From: Octopus sinensis
Taxonomy: Eukaryota
DNA length: 64,000 bases
Direction of reading: 5' to 3'
Assembly: GCF_006345805.1 (NCBI RefSeq)
Contig: NW_021832835.1
Span: forward strand, 1 to 64,000
The position numbers were made by a program, and so were the translations under genes. Below the pieces are notes generated by a model that saw only the letters and a program-made list of their open reading frames with translations, had not been told where the DNA came from and did not search any database. This document shows positions 1-13,052 of the stretch, piece after piece; the stretch's first letter is position 1, and each line of letters opens with the position of its first letter.

Positions 1-421
1 TGAGAATGCGATCGCTAAAGCCGTGGGAACGTGAATTTGTACCGCAGTACATCAGCTGTTGCGATGTACTTACTGGTACTTTAAAACTCTTCGCTTGCAT
101 ATTTGTGTGAATAAAATCGTTTTTCTTTGGAATAGAAAATAAGTCTATTTTTATTTCTTCTTTTGCTGGTGTCTCAAATTTAGGTTAAATCAGTGTTTCT
201 CAAAGGGGAGGCCTATGGGACGGTCGGACAAGTTGTCTTGAGAAAATTTGGTTTAATGTTTGACAATTCAGTAACGTCCATTGGACAGGTGGCATTTTGC
301 TCGTATATTTATATACATAAATAGTTAATCCAAACATGAAAACACAAAAAAACACAACAACGCGAGGACGTGGAACAAATAAAGTATTATTGGACGCTCA
401 GGAAAGAAAGAAATAAGGAGG

Positions 422-456
422 GTTTAACGTTTCGAGCGGAGCTCTTCGTCGGAAAC
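422..456 (-). ncRNA. Minimal type I hammerhead ribozyme-like motif (variant core CCGACGA)
   Basis: Minus strand: gttt-CCGACGA-a-gagc(tcc)gctc-GAAA-cg-tt-aaac. Stem I gttt/aaac, stem II gagc/gctc, palindromic ACGT stem III. Confidence 0.55.
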
Positions 457-559
457 ATAGGAGAAGGAAAGATCCAGAGAAGGGAAGACAGAGGAAAAAA
501 ATCGCCATATATGTGTGTGTGTGTGTGTGTGTGCGCGTGCGTATCAGGTCGCTCTTGGG

Positions 560-890
560 CGCTACTGATACAACTTGTCACATGGTCGGATCGTCGGCAA
601 CTAAACTGGCAACCTCGTCAAGATTGCTTGTTGAGGACGGTAATTGTTGGACACCCTGCAGGACAAAAACTAGGACCTGTCAAAGAGCGGAAAAGCTCAC
701 GAGCAGTCAACGGCTATCCAACAATATGTGTACATGTGTATGTATGCATGTGCGTATGCGCGGGGACGTGGAAATACCTGGGTTGTTGTCCAGGCGTGCG
801 GTTGGCCCACTAGGAGTGGGAGGCCCCTCTGATGTTGTCACAACATCTAGGAGAGAAAACCTGCGACACTTACAATATACAATGATGTAG
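560..890 (+). mobile_element. Decayed repeat, possibly the 5' UTR of an RTE-type LINE
   Basis: GC-richer non-coding island interrupted by TG repeats. Resemblance to RTE 5' regions is recalled only. Confidence 0.25.
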
Positions 891-1101
891 ACTAGTTCTT
901 CTTTTTGAGTTTATGTTGTTCATGTTCAGAGAGTAGGATTTATGCAGATCCTTTCCCCACAATAGAAAAAAATCCTCATGCATGGACATCGCTCTGTAAA
1001 AATTAAGACCTATCACAAAAATGGTGGTCTTGTGGCCTTCGCATGTGCGAGGGAGTTTCGATCAAGCGATAGCAATACTCGAACACGAGTTTGCAGCCAC
1101 C

Positions 1102-1159
<58 letters not shown>

Positions 1160-1249
1160 TAAGATAACGGTAAGATAACCAGAGAGACCTCAATATTATG
1201 TAAATAGAGGAATTTATCTGTAAATGTAATAAGTGACAATTATTTAGTA

Positions 1250-1320
1250 GCCAAGATAAAACTCTGAGTTTCGGATGCTAAGGTGGAAATCCACACCATC
1301 ATCTCTTCAGTTATCCGGCC
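1250..1320 (-). ncRNA. Type I hammerhead ribozyme in PLE pLTR
   Basis: Minus strand: gataa-CTGAAGA-gatg..gtgga(tt)tccac..catcc-GAAA-ctcagag-tt-ttatc. Confidence 0.75.
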
Positions 1321-2002
1321 ATCGGAAAAACGCTATGAAAAATGACCATTATACAAATTTAGACAAAAGCGCTATTCGAATGACCGCTAATTAAGGTAAG
1401 GGGGTAAAAAGTTCATAGTATACGCATAAGCGCGCCTGTTCATACGTACACATGTGCGCCCGCACACCCACATGCGTACGCATACATTCATCCACCCTCA
1501 CTAGAAAAACGTACACATCTTCACTCGCATCTTTCTTGCCAAATATATATGCATATACATACAACCCCACCACCACACGCGGTTAAGGGTAACAATACAG
1601 AAAAAGGCATAAGGAAGTATACAAAGAGTAAAACACGTTCATATACGAACTTACCCTTATGCACGCACACACACACGCCCATATATGCACATACCGGTAC
1701 ACGTCTATATACGCATACACACACACGCACGCACAATACGTCTAAAAAAACAGAAAAAATTGTAAAAACATTGAGTAAAATACGTCTATATATATATGTA
1801 CTCGTATGTCCGCACACACGCACACATCTATATACATACATACCCGCACACACGTACACATTCACACGCGCGTATAAAGGATTCCATATACACGTCTATA
1901 TAGGCACTGGGAAAAATGCAGGGTGGAAGGTAGAGTACAGAAAAAATTATGTGTAAAAATATATCTATAAACAAAATTCTCTATAATATACGTATAAAAT
2001 AT

Positions 2003-2405
2003 AGGCGCAGGAGTGGCTGTGTGGTAAGTAGCTTGTTTACCAACCACATGGTTCCGGGTTCAGTCCCACTGCGTGGCATCTTGGGCAAGTGTCTTCTACT
2101 ATAGCCTCGGGCCGACCAAAGCCTTGTGAGTGGATTTGGTAGACGGAAACTGAAAGAAGCCCGTCGTATATATGTATGTATATATATATGTGTGTGTGTA
2201 TGTTTGTGTGTCTGTGTTTGTCCCCCTAGCATTGCTTGACAACCGATGCTGGTGTGTTTACGTCCCCGTCACTTAGCGGTTCGGCAAAAGAGACCGATAG
2301 AATAAGTACTGGGCTTCCAAAGAATAAGTCCTGGGGTCGATTTCCTCGACTAAAGGCGGTGCTCTAGCATGGCCGCAGTCAAATGACTGAAACAAGTAAA
2401 AGAGA
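2003..2405 (+). mobile_element. tRNA-derived SINE, family A (full length), inserted in the PLE 3' UTR
   Basis: Head aggcgcaggagtggctgtgtggtaag..ggttcagtcc (A/B-box-like), internal TA/TG tract, tail gactgaaacaagtaaaagag. Many copies in the window. Confidence 0.9.
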
Positions 2406-2519
2406 AAGATTAAAGAGTAAATAAAATAAAAGTAAAAGGTATAATGAGATAAAAAAAACTTTTTCGTGGACACAATATAGAAAGCAAGTTCTATCTGTAG
2501 TCTTGGGGTGGGGGGGACC

Positions 2520-3130
2520 AAAAACGTAACAAAAATTTGGTCACTTGTGGGCATGATCCGAAAAGTTCTGTCCTTGAGTTTAGACATGTAGCTGGGTCTA
2601 AGCTGCTTTTCCAGATAAGCCATCTTTCCATGTTGCATAGGCCGCACTTTTCGCTGCCGTTGGTGTAGGGCTTACATTTGACTAAAATCTTCCTATGGAT
2701 GTTGTAACTGACACCTTTATCTTTTAATGACGATATATGACTGGTTGATTTTGTCGTTTTCCTTTTGAACCAGTGCCTAAAAGCTCAAGGTGTGATTATT
2801 GAATCTGGCCTTGAAATTACCTTCTGTAAGGCCCACGTATTTCTTTGTCGAAACCGTGTCTTTAGTGGGTATAGAGTCCACGGTAGCTTCGTAGATGATG
2901 GTCTCGGACATGCAAGCTCCATTTAGCGGGCACAATTTTTTATCTCTGCATGAATAGCTGTTTTCGTATTGTGGTTTTTGTGTGTTGTGTGCGATTATAT
3001 TTATAAAATTGGTAGTTGAGCTGAAACTAATTTTTAAGTTGTGTTTATTGAAGAGCTTCCGGTAAGTATGGTTGACTGGAAAATGTCTACCTATCAGTGC
3101 TAAGAAATATTTGCCCATATTGAAGGTCAC
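2520..3130 (-). pseudogene. PLE GIY-YIG endonuclease C-terminal fragment
   Basis: Cys-rich linker, IIYEA..YVG motif, CxxC..LNxRxEL tail; disrupted near 2777. Confidence 0.8.
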
Positions 3131-3199
3131 CTCAATATAGCGGTCAATAACAGTATTTTCTCTTTGTATAACGGTAATTTTTCATAGCGTTTTTCCGAT

Positions 3200-3270
3200 G
3201 GCCAGATAACTGAAGAGATGGTGGTGTGGATTTCCACCTCGGCATCCGAAACTCAGAGTTTTATCTTGGC
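3200..3270 (+). ncRNA. Type I hammerhead ribozyme (inverted pLTR copy)
   Basis: gccagataa-CTGAAGA(3210)-gatg..catcc-GAAA(3248)-ctcagag-tt-ttatcttggc. Confidence 0.75.
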
Positions 3271-3294
3271 TACCGAATACTTGTCACATATTAC

Positions 3295-3362
<68 letters not shown>

Positions 3363-3959
3363 ACAACACACACACACCTATATATATATATATATAAAGT
3401 AGAGGAGATACAGAGAAGAGGTTGAACTCCGGCAGACTACGATTGGTGTATACATATTCGGATTTTATATGATAGAATTGTCTGAAACATATATTAATAC
3501 ATTCGGAATATTAAGATATAAAAAATACATGAATGTTAAAAATATGCAAGGACAAATAAATATATAAATATATAAATATAATAGAGTATAGATAAAAATA
3601 TAGATAAGAATAATGAAATATAGAAAGACTTTTCTATTAAAACTTTAAAATAAATTATGGAATGGATGGAGTGATAGATGTTTAAGAAGAGTTTTTGGTA
3701 CCATATTTAAAGGAAAGGAAGCATTCCGAATGTGGTTTCAAGAGTTCATTCAAAGAGTACATGTGAACGTTACGATTCACTGCCAAGGAATGCCATCACC
3801 ACCATCATCAGAGAAAAAAAAAAAAGAATAATGTTTACGCCAGAAACGTATTTAATACATTTCTGGCGCAAACATTATTCTTTCCTAGAGTTAAATCCAT
3901 TCCATCTTTCAGTATTCTTACAGTTGAAAACTTTTCTCCTCAATTCTGGGATCCCTGTT

Positions 3960-4330
3960 TGAGTCCCTATTTCACATTTTCAGATTTGCCTCAGTATCCT
4001 GCCTCCAAATACATTTAAGGTGTCCTCTCTTTCATCTTCCTTGATAGTTCTAAGTCAAGGCCTGATGAAGTGCAGGATATTGGTTTCCTTTCCGATTTTG
4101 CAGTACTGCATCGTATGTTTTCCCAAGGGAAAGCCTTCCACTTCCAGGTTTCCATTGATGCTTCTTCATTCTTGCTTTTTTTCTAGTTGAGGGTGTTGGC
4201 CTTACACAAACCTATTTTCATCTCTGGAGAGGTTGTTCATATTAACCTGAGCTCTATCGTTTGACCTGTCCAGCAGGGGACACCCTAGCAGGAGCTTTTG
4301 TTTTTGCTCGCATAGTTCCCAGGATCATAT
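3960..4330 (-). mobile_element. Decayed, internally deleted RTE-like LINE (5' UTR-like part plus RT C-terminal remnant)
   Basis: Minus strand atgatcctgggaactatgc..gctcctgctagggtgtcccctgctggacaggtcaaa resembles RTE 5' UTRs; downstream LNVFGGRILRQI-like peptide. Confidence 0.35.
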
Positions 4331-4403
4331 ACATACATACAGGTATGTGTGTGTGTGTGTATATGTGCATGTGCATAGACATACACACATGTATATACAT
4401 ACA

Positions 4404-4434
<31 letters not shown>

Positions 4435-4752
4435 GTATATGTGTGTGTTGTGTGTGTGTGTGTGTATAATTATGTGTGTGTAACCAAAGGGTAAAACATA
4501 GAAAGATGGTTACGGGAAACTGGATGCAGAAAACCCATCTTCAGCTATAGAAACTAGTCATGGTAATTTTGGCACATACATTGATATCGTTGTGTGTATG
4601 TGGGTATGTATGCGTGGAGGAATATTAACAAGAACTATTAAGGAAGTGAATGGCCTAAAATTTTGGGAGATGGTTTTTCTACCTGTCCAACTGTGGCTTT
4701 CATTTTACAATCCTCTGTCATCTTGTATGTACAATGTGTATATGACACAAAC

Positions 4753-4788
<36 letters not shown>

Positions 4789-5339
4789 ACATACGCACAC
4801 AAACATATGCATATTTATATATATATATATGTGCATATACATATATCTCACACACATACATATATATACACACACATATATATTGCACATACAAGATACA
4901 GGGGAGTAAAGTGAATGCCATGGTTGGAAAGGTAGACAATTTTTTCCAGAAGTATATACACATATTACACACACACATTAACGCGCACACACAATTACTA
5001 ATTTCCTCCTCCTCCTCCCCCTCCTCTTCCTGTCTCTATTCACGTACGGCTACGTGCGTATATGAACTGGGCTTTCTCTTTAGGTGGGAATGTGTATTCT
5101 ATTCTAGAATTCCTTCCATTTAGAGTAAGCCAGATTACTGGAGAGACGCAGCACAAAATAAATATATCAAACGCTCGCCCTTATCCATTATCGTTTTGAA
5201 ATTGCTGTTATTGTTGTATTTGTTGTGGTTGATGTTGTTATTTATACCTTATCTATCATCTTCATGCTCACGATCACATTGGATTTATAGAAATGCATTT
5301 TCAAGCAAACGAAAACTTCAGAAGGGAGTTACTCAAACG

Positions 5340-5870
5340 CACACACACACACACACAACAATAACCTTAAACACACCCACACACACACAACACATAACCT
5401 TAAACACACCCACACACACACAACGCATAACCTTAAACACACACAACACATAACCTTAAACACACACACACAACACATAACCTTAAATACACACACACAC
5501 ACACACACACACACAACACATCACCTTAAACACACACACACACATAACACATCACCTTAAACACACACACACACACAACACATAACCTTAAACACACACA
5601 CACACAACACATCATCTTAAACACACACACAACATATAACCTTAAACACACACACACACAACACATAACCTTAAACACACACACACAAAACACCTCACTT
5701 TAAACACACACACACACATAACACATCACCTTAAACACACACACACACACAACACATCACCTTAAACACACACACAACACATAACCTTAAACACACACAC
5801 ACACAACACATAACCTTAAACACACACACACACAACACATGACCTTAAACACACACAAACACACCACACA
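5340..5870 (+). repeat. Minisatellite: acat(a/c)accttaaa core with variable (CA)n spacer
   Basis: About 20 tandem units of roughly 22-32 bp. Confidence 0.9.
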
Positions 5871-6094
5871 CACACACACACGCACACACAGAGGCGTTCG
5901 CCCACACAATATTGAAGCTATCGAAGGCAGCATGGTATTTTATTCTTGGATACAATTTAACGCAATCAAAGAATCCGATGCATCACGAAGAATGGAGCCG
6001 GGTCGAAATGATGGATTCACAAATTGGACTGAAACATAATTTTAATATAACTTCTTCCTGTTTATACACACAGCAATATTTTCTTTGCGTCTGA

Positions 6095-6294
6095 TATATA
6101 TACATACATTCATGCATACATTCATACATACATACATACATACTTACATGCATACATACAAACATACATATATACATACAAACATAAATACATACATACA
6201 TACATACATACATACATACACACATACATACATACATGCATACATACATACATACATACATACACATACACACATACATACATGCATACATGCA

Positions 6295-6328
<34 letters not shown>

Positions 6329-6494
6329 CATTCATACATACATACAAACATACATACAAACATACATACATACATACTTACATGCATACATACATACATA
6401 CATACATACATACATACTTACATGCATACATACATATATACATACATACATAGATAGATAGATACATACATACATATATACATACATACATATA

Positions 6495-6528
<34 letters not shown>

Positions 6529-6610
6529 CATACATACATACATACTTACATGCATACATACATAGATACATACATATGTATGCAAATATATATATATATA
6601 TATATATATA
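6095..6610. repeat. (TACA)n/(TA)n compound microsatellite
   Basis: Directly visible; source of the HTYI/MYVC ORFs. Confidence 0.95.
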
Positions 6611-7017
6611 GGTAAACAGTAAAAATAAATACAGACATGGACAAGAACATGAAACACCACAGAGACGACACAAGAACCACAGGACGGGACATTCGAAGCC
6701 CTCAGTCATCAGTCAAGAACCAGATCATCTTAATGCGTGAGTGTCAGTGTGTGTGTATGAATTAATATCACATATAACATTTATTATGTATATGTTTAAC
6801 GCAATCCCCACTCTGTGTGTGTGTGTATATGGGGTATTAACCTACAACTTTGAAACAATATATTTAACACATCAGTTTTTGTTTATATATATTTAAAATT
6901 TTCGGAGATCGATAGACCTTGAACTATCGATTTAGAATATATTCTACAACAGTCGAACGCTTTGTGTTCAAATCTATATTGAAATGTATTGTGTCCTTTC
7001 TTGTGTGAACGGTCCCT

Positions 7018-7061
<44 letters not shown>

Positions 7062-7322
7062 GTCTGTTTGTCTGTTTATGATTTTTGAGATGGTTACGAC
7101 GCTCACCTGTCCACTGTTGAGGCAAACACACTTGACCAGCGTCTCGGTGATGTAATCAAAATATTTACGCTTTCCGTGAAATTGTCGCATGGACAAGACT
7201 TCGTTTCTACCACGATTTTGAAAAGGATTTATAATTAAACAGTTACAAAGCATAAGAAAATAATAATAATAATAATAATGATAATAATGATGATAATAAT
7301 AATAATAATAATAATCATCATA

Positions 7323-7836
7323 GAGGCAAATAGGCCAGACATCATATTGAAAGACTTCAGACAAAGAACATGCCTCCTCATTGATATGACAGTCCCAATC
7401 GACATAAACGTATCTGTCAAGACCTACCAAAAACTGAGCAAATATAAAGATCTTGAAATAGAAATCAGCAAAATGTGGAAGCTGAAGACTAAAACAATAC
7501 CTGTTGTCATAGGTGCCCTGGGAATGATAGCAAAAGGGGCTGATTGCTACCTAACTCAGATACTAGGAAACCCCAAAATGGCAGAAATTCAAAAGATAGT
7601 GCTCATGGGAACTGCTCATATCCTACGCAAAAAAACTTTCTATGTAACCTCAAGTTTAAAACAAACATAACTTTGGTTTTTTTTTTAGGCATTCACTAGT
7701 ACAACACTAAATACAAAACCGAATATATGGTACACTAGGCATAACAACAACATGAACTTCCAACCTGTTGCCTCTTGAGGTCTCTGGGTGAGACTTGGAG
7801 CCAACTTGTACAAATATAAAGCAAAAATCAAACATA

Positions 7837-7838
<2 letters not shown>
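7323..7838 (+). mobile_element. R4/Dong-like LINE 3' fragment (REL endonuclease + 3' UTR) in (TAA)n
   Basis: ANRPDII..LLIDMTVP..KLSKYKDL..IPVVIGALG..IQKIVLMGTAHILR; TAA tracts on both sides. Confidence 0.9.
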
Positions 7839-7884
<46 letters not shown>

Positions 7885-7885
7885 C

Positions 7886-7920
<35 letters not shown>

Positions 7921-8014
7921 TAAAAATAAAAATAATAAAAATAATAATAATAATAATAATAATAATAATCATAATAATAATGATAATAATAATAATAATA
8001 ATAATAATATAATA

Positions 8015-8047
<33 letters not shown>

Positions 8048-8094
8048 TGATAATAATAATAATAATAACAATAATAATAATAATAATAATAATG

Positions 8095-8128
<34 letters not shown>

Positions 8129-8148
8129 TAATAATAACAATAATAATG

Positions 8149-8209
<61 letters not shown>

Positions 8210-8271
8210 TAATAATAATAATAATAATAATAATAACCATAATAATCATAATAATAATAATAATAATAATA
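7839..8271. repeat. (TAA)n microsatellite
   Basis: Directly visible. Confidence 0.95.
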
Positions 8272-8871
8272 AGGCTAAGAAGGAATATATTCACAGACAT
8301 GACAGAGTTGGAACCTACATACATTGGAAGCTATGCCAACATTATGGAATAACAACAGAAAAAAGATGGTATAGGCACACCAGAAAAGGTCACAGAAAAC
8401 GAGAAAGCAACCATACTCTGGGATATGCCGATACACACAGATAGAGAAATTAAGGCCAACAGGCCAGATATAGTTGTCAGAGATCATGAAGAAAAAAATG
8501 CTTTCTAATTGATGTATCAATACCGGCAGATGACAACGTGTCTCTAAAAGAAATGGAGAAACTCTCAAAATACAAAGACCTGGAAATAGAGGTAACTAGA
8601 ATGTGGAATCTGAAAACAGAAACAATTCCTATCATAGTAGGTGCATTAGGCATGATAAAAAAATATTCAGACAAATACATAACAAAAACACCAGAACTTA
8701 CAAACACATATAACATACAGAAAATTGCACTACTAGACACTGCACACATCCTACGCAGAACACTTTCCATACAATAACCATCAGAGCATCACAACAAATC
8801 ACAGCACATACCCAAGGCACACAGAGCTGCGCTCGGTAGTGAAGTGAAAGCACGCTATAAAAATAAAACTA

Positions 8872-8875
<4 letters not shown>
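8272..8875 (+). mobile_element. R4/Dong-like LINE 3' fragment, second subfamily, in (TAA)n
   Basis: YIHRHDRVG..ILWDMPIHTD..ANRPDIVV..KLSKYKDLEIE..AHILRRTLSIQ. 3' UTR shared with 19593-19790 and 56085-56464. Confidence 0.9.
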
Positions 8876-8945
<70 letters not shown>

Positions 8946-9881
8946 GTAAAAAAGGAACCTTTGGGGACAGTACATATTTCTGCTCGTGACTGGCCAGGAT
9001 GGTGGCAAAGCAGTGATTGAAACCTGAACTTTTATTTTTCTGGTCTTTACTGTTCTTCTCTTATCAAAACATGACCCGTGTGTTTTCATGATTTATTTCG
9101 TGACCGATAAAAGATGAATGAAACGTTATCCCAAAGTATTATCAATCTGTCGAATTCTTTTGTGCCATTTCAATGGTTTCCATTTTGACTAATTTAAATG
9201 CTTGTAATAGTTATAGTTTCCTGTTTGTCTGAATTATCTTAGTCGCAAAAAAAAAAAAAACATTACAAAAACATTTATAATAATAATAATAATAATAATA
9301 CCATAAATTCATCACACCTATTACTGATACAATAGCACCAAGAAACCAATATTTGCCAGCAAACTACCAAAGACGGAACTATAGAATATAATAGATGGAA
9401 CAATCAATTGAGTAGAAAGAGGGTGAAGAATGAAATGTTACATCGTCTGTATGGATTCCGCTATCGTCTGCCTCTTTGTAATGCTTATTGATCTTAAATA
9501 TATTTCAGACGGAGATTGCATAACGAGTTGAAATATGGTCAACACTGAAAAATGAATTGTATATTTATAAATTATACAAATATACATTGCTACTTGTCTA
9601 CATACATATAATCTAAGTGTCTCCACACACACACACAAGCATATATATGTGCGTGCTTAAATGTGCATTTGTGTGTATTTATATATATATAATATACACA
9701 TAAATATATATAAATGCATATATATATATAATATATACACCTAGATATATATAAATGCATATATATATGTAATACACACACACACATATATGTGCGTGTT
9801 TAAATGTACATTTGTGTGTATTTATATATATATATATATACATAGATATATATATGTGCATATATACATAGATATATATGC

Positions 9882-9957
<76 letters not shown>

Positions 9958-9959
9958 TT

Positions 9960-11420
9960 TGGAAATGGCACACAACATCGTAAGGCAGCTGACCTGGCTT
10001 CATCAGAGACATTGAGTTTGAGGAACACTTACCAGCACTCAAGATCACCCCAAACAACAGAAGTCCCAAGGAGGCCTCTTTTACATATGACAGGCCAGTG
10101 ACCACTACCACCACCCTGTTCATTACACCAGTATTCCTGCTGAACATCAGGGGCCTTGTAACGGCCAAACGACGCAAGACCCAGCATCTAATAGACTTAG
10201 TGACATGTAATCAAGCAATATGCATGGCCCTAACAGAAACCCATCCAAATGCTGACACATCAGATGCTGAGTTGTCCATAGCAAAGTCTGTTGTATTTCG
10301 GAGAGGAGAAAGGTTTCTTGGTGGAGTTGTTGTGTACACCCAGGAGGATGTCACGCCTTTAGACCTGTTGTCATACTCTCGGTCTGTAACACTCTGGTGG
10401 TACCCACTAAACAAACGGAAATGGTAATATGTACTGCATATCGCCCACCAGGTGCTCCAAATCGTGGGGACTCATTTGAAGAGACCTTCAAAAGATGACA
10501 GCCTTCACGCATACTTCTTCCTGGGAATTTCAACCGCCTTAATGTCGGCCTGAACAGAGGCAAGTAGAATCTTCTCTCGACCTCACAAACATGATCTTCA
10601 TGAAGTAAATAGCGCTCCACCTAACAAGGGGGAAAATGTCTTGGACCGCTGCTTTAGAAATAATACGGCGCTCAGCTATAATTTTAGGGTGACACCGACG
10701 ATATTCTTGGACCATAGCTTAATAGACCTATCAATGTATGGTCCGCAGAAAACGAACTGCAGACATACAGACTGCTGGAAGCTCCCAACTCCTCTACAAT
10801 ATGAACTTTCATAAAGCTGATTGGAAGGGTATGGAGAAAGAAGTCATGGAACAAAATTGGTCTATCGGTCTCTCTACGCAAGATATTGACAAAGCTGCAG
10901 CACTTTATGGCAATCATGCACGACACATGAAGTAAGTTTGCTCCAGAGAGAATGTCAAATCAACAGAAAAAATATAATTCTGAGTGATGGGAGGATTCTA
11001 AGGAGAAGATGAGCAAAAATTTCAAACCGTATAAATGGACCAGTAAAGGATAGCAAAGGATCCTATCTCAAACAAAGATTGCTTAAGATTGAAAATGAAC
11101 TCAAACAGTCCCATGAAAAAGAGAGAGTAGAGAAGGAAGCCAGGGCTGTCAAAAATGTAAGGACAAATTCTAAAGACTGCTATAGGTTTGCAAATGAATC
11201 TGCTTCACTACGGTACAAGATTGGATCACTGTTTGAGGAAAATGGCTCTCCAACTGCAGACCCCATCACCAGAGGGTTTGTGAAATACTGAATGTGCAAT
11301 ACAACAATGCTTTCATGGCTCCATTTGCAAAATAGGTGTGCTTGATGAGTTCTTCAGCACCACAGCTCAACACAAGGCGATGGCAATTAGTGATAACATC
11401 AAAATAGAAGTAATTGATGT
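9960..11420 (+). mobile_element. Decayed CR1/L2-group LINE (APE endonuclease region)
   Basis: Motifs across frames: LLNIRGL, LTETH, YRPP, GNFN, DHSLI, NFHKADW; many stops and frameshifts. Confidence 0.7.
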
Positions 11421-11513
11421 AATATGAGTCACTGACCGCTTATAAGCTTTAAGCTTATAAAATGTTTTTATTATTTACAGAATTATAAAATCGACACCAC
11501 TTACTAAATCATA

Positions 11514-11580
<67 letters not shown>

Positions 11581-12479
11581 ATGTACGCAAACAATGGTTT
11601 CCCCTATCGTGACACTCGTAGGACATTGGTGAGATGATTGTAATTAATATGTTGCGTAATTACTATCATCCATCAAGTGTGTTAAATGTGTCTCTTCAGG
11701 TCAGTATTTTGAAGAAGTCATGTGACTCTGTACAAGAATGAATACTGAAAAGTAGGATACTATTTTCAGCAATTCACAGACAAAACTAATCCATACGTAT
11801 AGCGACATGCAAAATAAAAAGTACAATCAACAAAAATTCGAAAACCGAAAAAAAAAGGCAAAACAAAAATAAGAAATAAAGCATTTCCAGTTAACTACAA
11901 AATACTGTTCTATATTCACGGTCTGATTATAAGGAAGAAGGAGAAAAAGAAAATGAAATAAAGAATGAAATTAAGAATTTAGTGATAATAATGCGATGAG
12001 GTGATAGACTGACTATTTCCTGTGCTTCTCGTCCACTCATGTGAAAGGAGTCTAAAAACATTCTACTCTCTATTAACACGTCCAGTTAACCATAAATTCT
12101 GTCTTCACGGAGGAAAAATGAAATAAAAAATAAAATCAATCATTTAGTGAGAAAAAAAGTGATAAAATAATAAAGCAGGATCATCTCTTGTGCTGGTCGA
12201 GTGAGTCAAAAGAATCCCTTATCTTTTATAAGAAGGTATTTGATCTCATTCGACATTAGAATCCGTCACAATAGAAATTTAATCAATGACAGACTATCTT
12301 TTAATATGCTTTAAAAGGCATTTAGAATAAGTAGTTAGGAGGTAAACCCTGTCCCACACACATAGATTTTCACATATTCACGTACAAGGTGGTGTGTGTG
12401 TGTATATATATATACACACACACACACATATATACATATATATACATATATATATATATACATTCATATATATATATAT

Positions 12480-12531
<52 letters not shown>

Positions 12532-12534
12532 TAC

Positions 12535-12745
12535 AATTAGGGTTCAGCAAAGATTTGCTTTACCACATACCGAAGTTTAGAAATAGCAGCCAAAGAACCT
12601 TAGCTATTTCCTTTACTTTAAAAAGACACTCCCGGACAAAAACAAAGTACTCGAAAACAACCCACGCAGACAGAGAGGAAAAATAACGAAAATCAATCGA
12701 TATTAGATTACCCATGTACGCGTTTCGGAACTAGATCGGTATAAA
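12535..12745 (-). mobile_element. Truncated PLE pLTR-like end carrying the 3' half of an HHR
   Basis: Minus strand ccGAAAcgcgTA at ~12717-12728. Shares accacataccgaa..tagaaatagcagccaaa with 41965-42240 and abuts (TA)n. Confidence 0.45.
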
Positions 12746-13052
12746 GAATGTAGAATTCAGAATTATATATATGTATATATATAAATATATATTATATTAT
12801 ATTAATTATATTTCCTTCATTAACGTCAATATGTATTTTATTCAATGTAAGGTTTTTTCCTCGAATTTTATAATTTTTATAATTTTTATAATTTTTATAT
12901 ATATATATATACATATATTTTTGAGCTCATTTTTTTGTTTATCGCTCGAAGATTGACCGTTATTTCTAAAGGGCCAATCAAACAAGTCCATTTTTTAAAA
13001 ATGTAGCGTTTGTAAGAGTCTGGATTGAATTGATATATCGGTTCCATTCTAG

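Larger units (their letters stand above)
1160..3301 (-). mobile_element. 5'-truncated Penelope-like element (GIY-YIG end, 3' UTR, pLTR) with an inverted pLTR copy at its 5' side
   Basis: ORF 2777-3130 (SCRDKKLCPLNGAC..IIYEATV..YVGLTEGNFKARF) continues after a break as ..KCGLCNMERWLI..LNSRTEL. Segments ~1218-1355 and ~3166-3301 are inverted copies, each with an HHR. Bounded by (TA)n and (CA)n. Confidence 0.85.

Noticed and set aside
190-300. hAT-like start cagtgtttctcaaa
   Set aside because: No matching opposite TIR or TSD found.
3760-3815. Minus-strand CTGATGA..GTAACGTT as a hammerhead
   Set aside because: Core mutated and stem I does not pair.
4060-4115. CTGATGA followed by a possible stem
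   Set aside because: No correctly placed GAAA or stem III.
5340-5870. Repeat-spacer pattern resembling a CRISPR array
   Set aside because: Spacers are just CA runs, the context is eukaryotic, and there are no cas genes.
5983-6709. ORFs of HTYI/MYVC, poly-I/L/Y and similar composition throughout the window
   Set aside because: Translations of (TACA)n, (TA)n, (TAA)n and (CA)n microsatellites; no coding signal.
6685-6720. Minus-strand CTGATGA..GAAT as a hammerhead
   Set aside because: No GAAA and no stem I partner.
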